Assembly (NCBI GenBank): GCA_030770535.1
Contig: JASVEC010000014.1
Location: 1 to 64,000 of the forward strand
Length of the DNA stretch: 64,000 nt
Direction of reading: 5' to 3'
Source: Batkoa obscura
Taxonomy: Eukaryota
Shown in pieces: positions 61,338 through 64,000 of this stretch. Position 1 is the first letter of the stretch. Every line of letters starts with the position of its first letter. The position numbers and the translations under genes were made by a program. The notes under the pieces were generated by a model. That model saw nothing but the letters and a program-made list of their open reading frames with translations, ran no database searches and had not been told where the DNA came from.

Positions 61338-62151
61338 TGTGAAGTATCGCTTTGTCAGCCCCATGGTTAATTGTAATATAATAATCGCCTAAGCTGTGTG
61401 AAATCTGGTACTCAGTGTTTGGAGTCAAAAACAGCTGCTATTGCTAGGTTGACTACACTATAAGTCGAAAGGTCTTACTTTATGTGACTAAGATAGACTT
61501 AGATTATGAAGAATAGCACGTGATAGGTTACAAGCTATATAAGACGAATATAATAGACAATACTAATGTAAATCTACGTAAAACACTATTAGGAAAGCTT
61601 AGTGGCTTTATTAAATTTTCGAGATATCAGGGAATAATCCAAGTCTATCTTAGTCACATAAAGTAAGACCTTTCGACTTATAGTGTAGTCAACCTAGCAA
61701 TAGCAGCTGTTTTTGACTCCAAACACTGAGTACCAGATTTCACAGCTGCTGTGTTCTCGAGTTTAGAGACAATCAATCCCATGCTCTTATTTTGATTTAC
61801 TATGAGAATTTCTATCTTCGTCTCAAAGAATATCATCCTCTCGTTTTAATATCTATACTTGCTGGAGTATAAAACAGATTCTAGAATATACTAGCTTGAG
61901 GCTTTTAACTGAATTATTCCCTGATATCTCGTACATTTAATAAAGTCACTAAATTTTATTAATAATATTTTACATAGATGTTACATTGGTATTATCTATT
62001 GTATTTATCTTACATAGCCTATAGCTTATTATATGCTATTCTTCATAATTCAAGTTATCTTAGTCATATAAACTAAGACCTTTCGAATTACAGTATAGTC
62101 AATTAGGCAATAGCTGTTTTTGAATCCAATCACTGAATACCAGATTTCACA
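61338..62151 (+). mobile_element. LTR-like element, same family as 627-1089, interrupted by a nested insert
   Basis: TGTGAAGTATCGCTTTGTCAG...CAGATTTCACA. It is 462 bp after removing the 348-bp insert and one TSD copy, and colinear with 627-1089. Confidence 0.85.
61397..61744. mobile_element. 348-bp foldback element made of two inverted LTR right ends; 104-bp perfect TIRs; GCTG TSD
   Basis: 61397-61500 is the exact reverse complement of 61641-61744; GCTG lies at 61393-61396 and at 61745-61748. Confidence 0.9.
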
Positions 62152-62201
62152 GTACTTAAAAAATGGAAAAGATAATGAAATCAAAAAGGACATCTACATA
62201 T
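62152..62201 (+). mobile_element. Right half of a MITE directly abutting the LTR end
   Basis: GTACTTAAAAAATGGAAAAGATAATGAAATCAAAAAGGACATCTAC-ATAT. Confidence 0.8.
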
Positions 62202-62600
62202 GCTGAATTTAATTTAACATTTTAAATAAATAGTTAAAATAAATTTTGCTTACTGTTTTATTATCTTTTAAATATAAAACATTAAATTCTGATATTAACA
62301 TAATTTGTTTGTCATAATGGTTTAAGTTTATTAATTTTGATCTTGTTTTTGTTTATATTTTATTTAAAGTTTAAAATTATTATTTTTTTAATAGTTTTAT
62401 TAAACATCTTTTTTAAGTATTAACATGAAATTTATATAACTTATACAGCTTTTTTTTCTTTATTAAAAGATAACTGATAAAAACATTACCATATACAGTT
62501 AAAATAAACTATAATAGCGATCTCATCTCAAAAACATAAATTCATAATATAAAAATCAAATAATCAAGAATAAGCTAAATCATTTTTTTATATAAAATGT

Positions 62601-63091
62601 GGATAAATTTCAAACTCCGTTAAGGATCGTAATAAATTTCCAGTTTGATTTTTATATGGGCTAATTTCAAACCTGTTTTTGAACAGGTATTTTTTATCAG
62701 ATGTACCCAAAATTTGCAAAAAACATGTAAAAAATAACCTCAAGTTTAAACTGATTTAATATAATACTGATATTTCATACCTAGTCATCTAATAAGGACA
62801 TGATATATAAAGGGGTTATTACAAAACGAAAAGCTTATCATAAGTTGAAATAGCTATCCTCAGATAAATGCTCAAAAAATAGGATTTTTATGAAATCAAA
62901 CAAGAGTAAATATCATCTAATAATTATACATAAATTGGCTTCAACCAGATTAATTTTTGGTACTTAAAAGTTTTGCGAATATGGATAAGCCCGATAAAAC
63001 AATCCCTTTTTTGTTTAATTTTAAAATTAACTATATAAAATGTGTTGGAAGTTTTTATTTTCAATTCTTGACCGGATTTTTAAATTTATCC
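62601..63091. mobile_element. Decayed ~490-bp non-autonomous TIR element
   Basis: GGATAAATTTCAAACTCCGTTAAGGATC versus the reverse complement of the right end, GGATAAATTTAAAAATCCGGTCAAGAAT; no clean TSD. Confidence 0.55.
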
Positions 63092-63648
63092 AATTTAGTT
63101 TTGATAGTCGTATCATAAATTGAGATATATATATTATAGCACTCATATCTGAAGTAAATATAATCTTTTTCGATTAACATAAATTTTTGCTAGGCATTCT
63201 TAGTTAAAAATGCTAGTTATTATTAGTTTTAATTTAACAGATGAGAATATGATTCAACGTGATAAAGGGGTATAATTATATGGGTTAATTTATTTTAAAG
63301 AGATCGAGGAAAAATTACGTTACTTATATTTTTAAGGAGTACAATATAATTGCAAAAAATCTTTATGTGACAAATATTAGTTATATATTAACTATACTAT
63401 GAACAAATACATTATTTAGATCTTAAAATATTATACAATTTTCATACAAAAACAATACTTGTCTTCAGATCGTGAAAGTTTGACTATTAAAAATAATAAA
63501 CACGTAATTTTATTATTTAAATCGAAACTGGTAATTATAATTAAATTATAAATCTCATCCCTTCAAAGAAAATATAGGTTTGATTTAAAAAAGAGATATA
63601 TAAGTAAACTAAAATCATAAATCTGTTTATTTTTTTTCATATTTAAAA

Positions 63649-64000
63649 ATGAGTATTCAAAATAAAGCTGTAAAATCTAAGAACGAAGAAAAGGGGCCAT
63701 GGTACATTAAGTTGGTTGAGTACCTTGGGGATAAAACTAGTGATATGTTTTTAAACATAGCTTATACACCATTGATAAGCTTAGGTAAATTATTGTTAAA
63801 TCCCCATTACACTTATTAAATTTTATCTAGTTAAAAATGAAATATTAAAACTACTTCAAAAAATTCAAATAAATCATTTAGAAGTAATTACTGTTGAAAA
63901 AGAGAAATATTATTTTGGCAAAAAGAAAAGTGAAGGTGATAAAACAGTAACCCTTTTAGTTAAAAACAATCGTTTCTGGTTGAGAGTTGCTATGTTCTCA
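63649..64000 (+). CDS. 5' part of a probable cyclopropane-fatty-acyl-phospholipid synthase (runs off the window)
   Basis: MSIQNK...AYTPLISL, intron 63785-63830, then VKNEILKLLQKIQ...YYFG...LLVKNNRFWLRVAMFS, which resembles the N-terminus of fungal CFA synthases. Confidence 0.55.

Noticed and set aside
625..64000. tRNA/rRNA genes, autonomous transposase or RT ORFs, telomere-linked helicase
   Set aside because: None recognisable by eye; small ncRNAs cannot be excluded without a covariance-model search.

Overview
Left end of a eukaryotic chromosome: about 100 CCCTAA telomere repeats (1-624), then very AT-rich, gene-dense DNA with short (about 45-55 bp) GT-AG introns. Gene content and style suggest an early-diverging fungus, plausibly Zoopagomycota/Entomophthoromycotina (inference only). 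Housekeeping genes start 1.3 kb from the telomere: SAC3, an OSCA/TMEM63 channel, NUP82, SCP160, an Rsc7/Swp82 plus double-PHD protein, SPT8, RPL3, ALKBH1, a GatC/F-like gene, p23/SBA1, SEM1, PPG1, an MFSD1-like gene and a probable cyclopropane fatty acid synthase. Accessory genes are interspersed: a secreted yellow/MRJP protein, six EF1B-gamma-type stand-alone GSTs (4 intact, 2 pseudogenes), three tandem small secreted-protein genes (1 pseudogene), a GH18 chitinase and two F-box genes. Mobile DNA comprises at least 24 copies of a ~100-bp MITE with AWWT 4-bp target duplications (Sola1-like), a 463-bp LTR-like element fused directly to the telomere with a second copy at 61-62 kb, and a decayed TIR element. 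The most striking structure is a 348-bp insert in the second LTR copy. It is built from two inverted right ends of that same LTR family, with perfect 104-bp TIRs and a clean 4-bp TSD, so it looks like an LTR converted into a TIR-type element. Exon coordinates were read by eye, and family assignments rest on motif recognition, not database searches.
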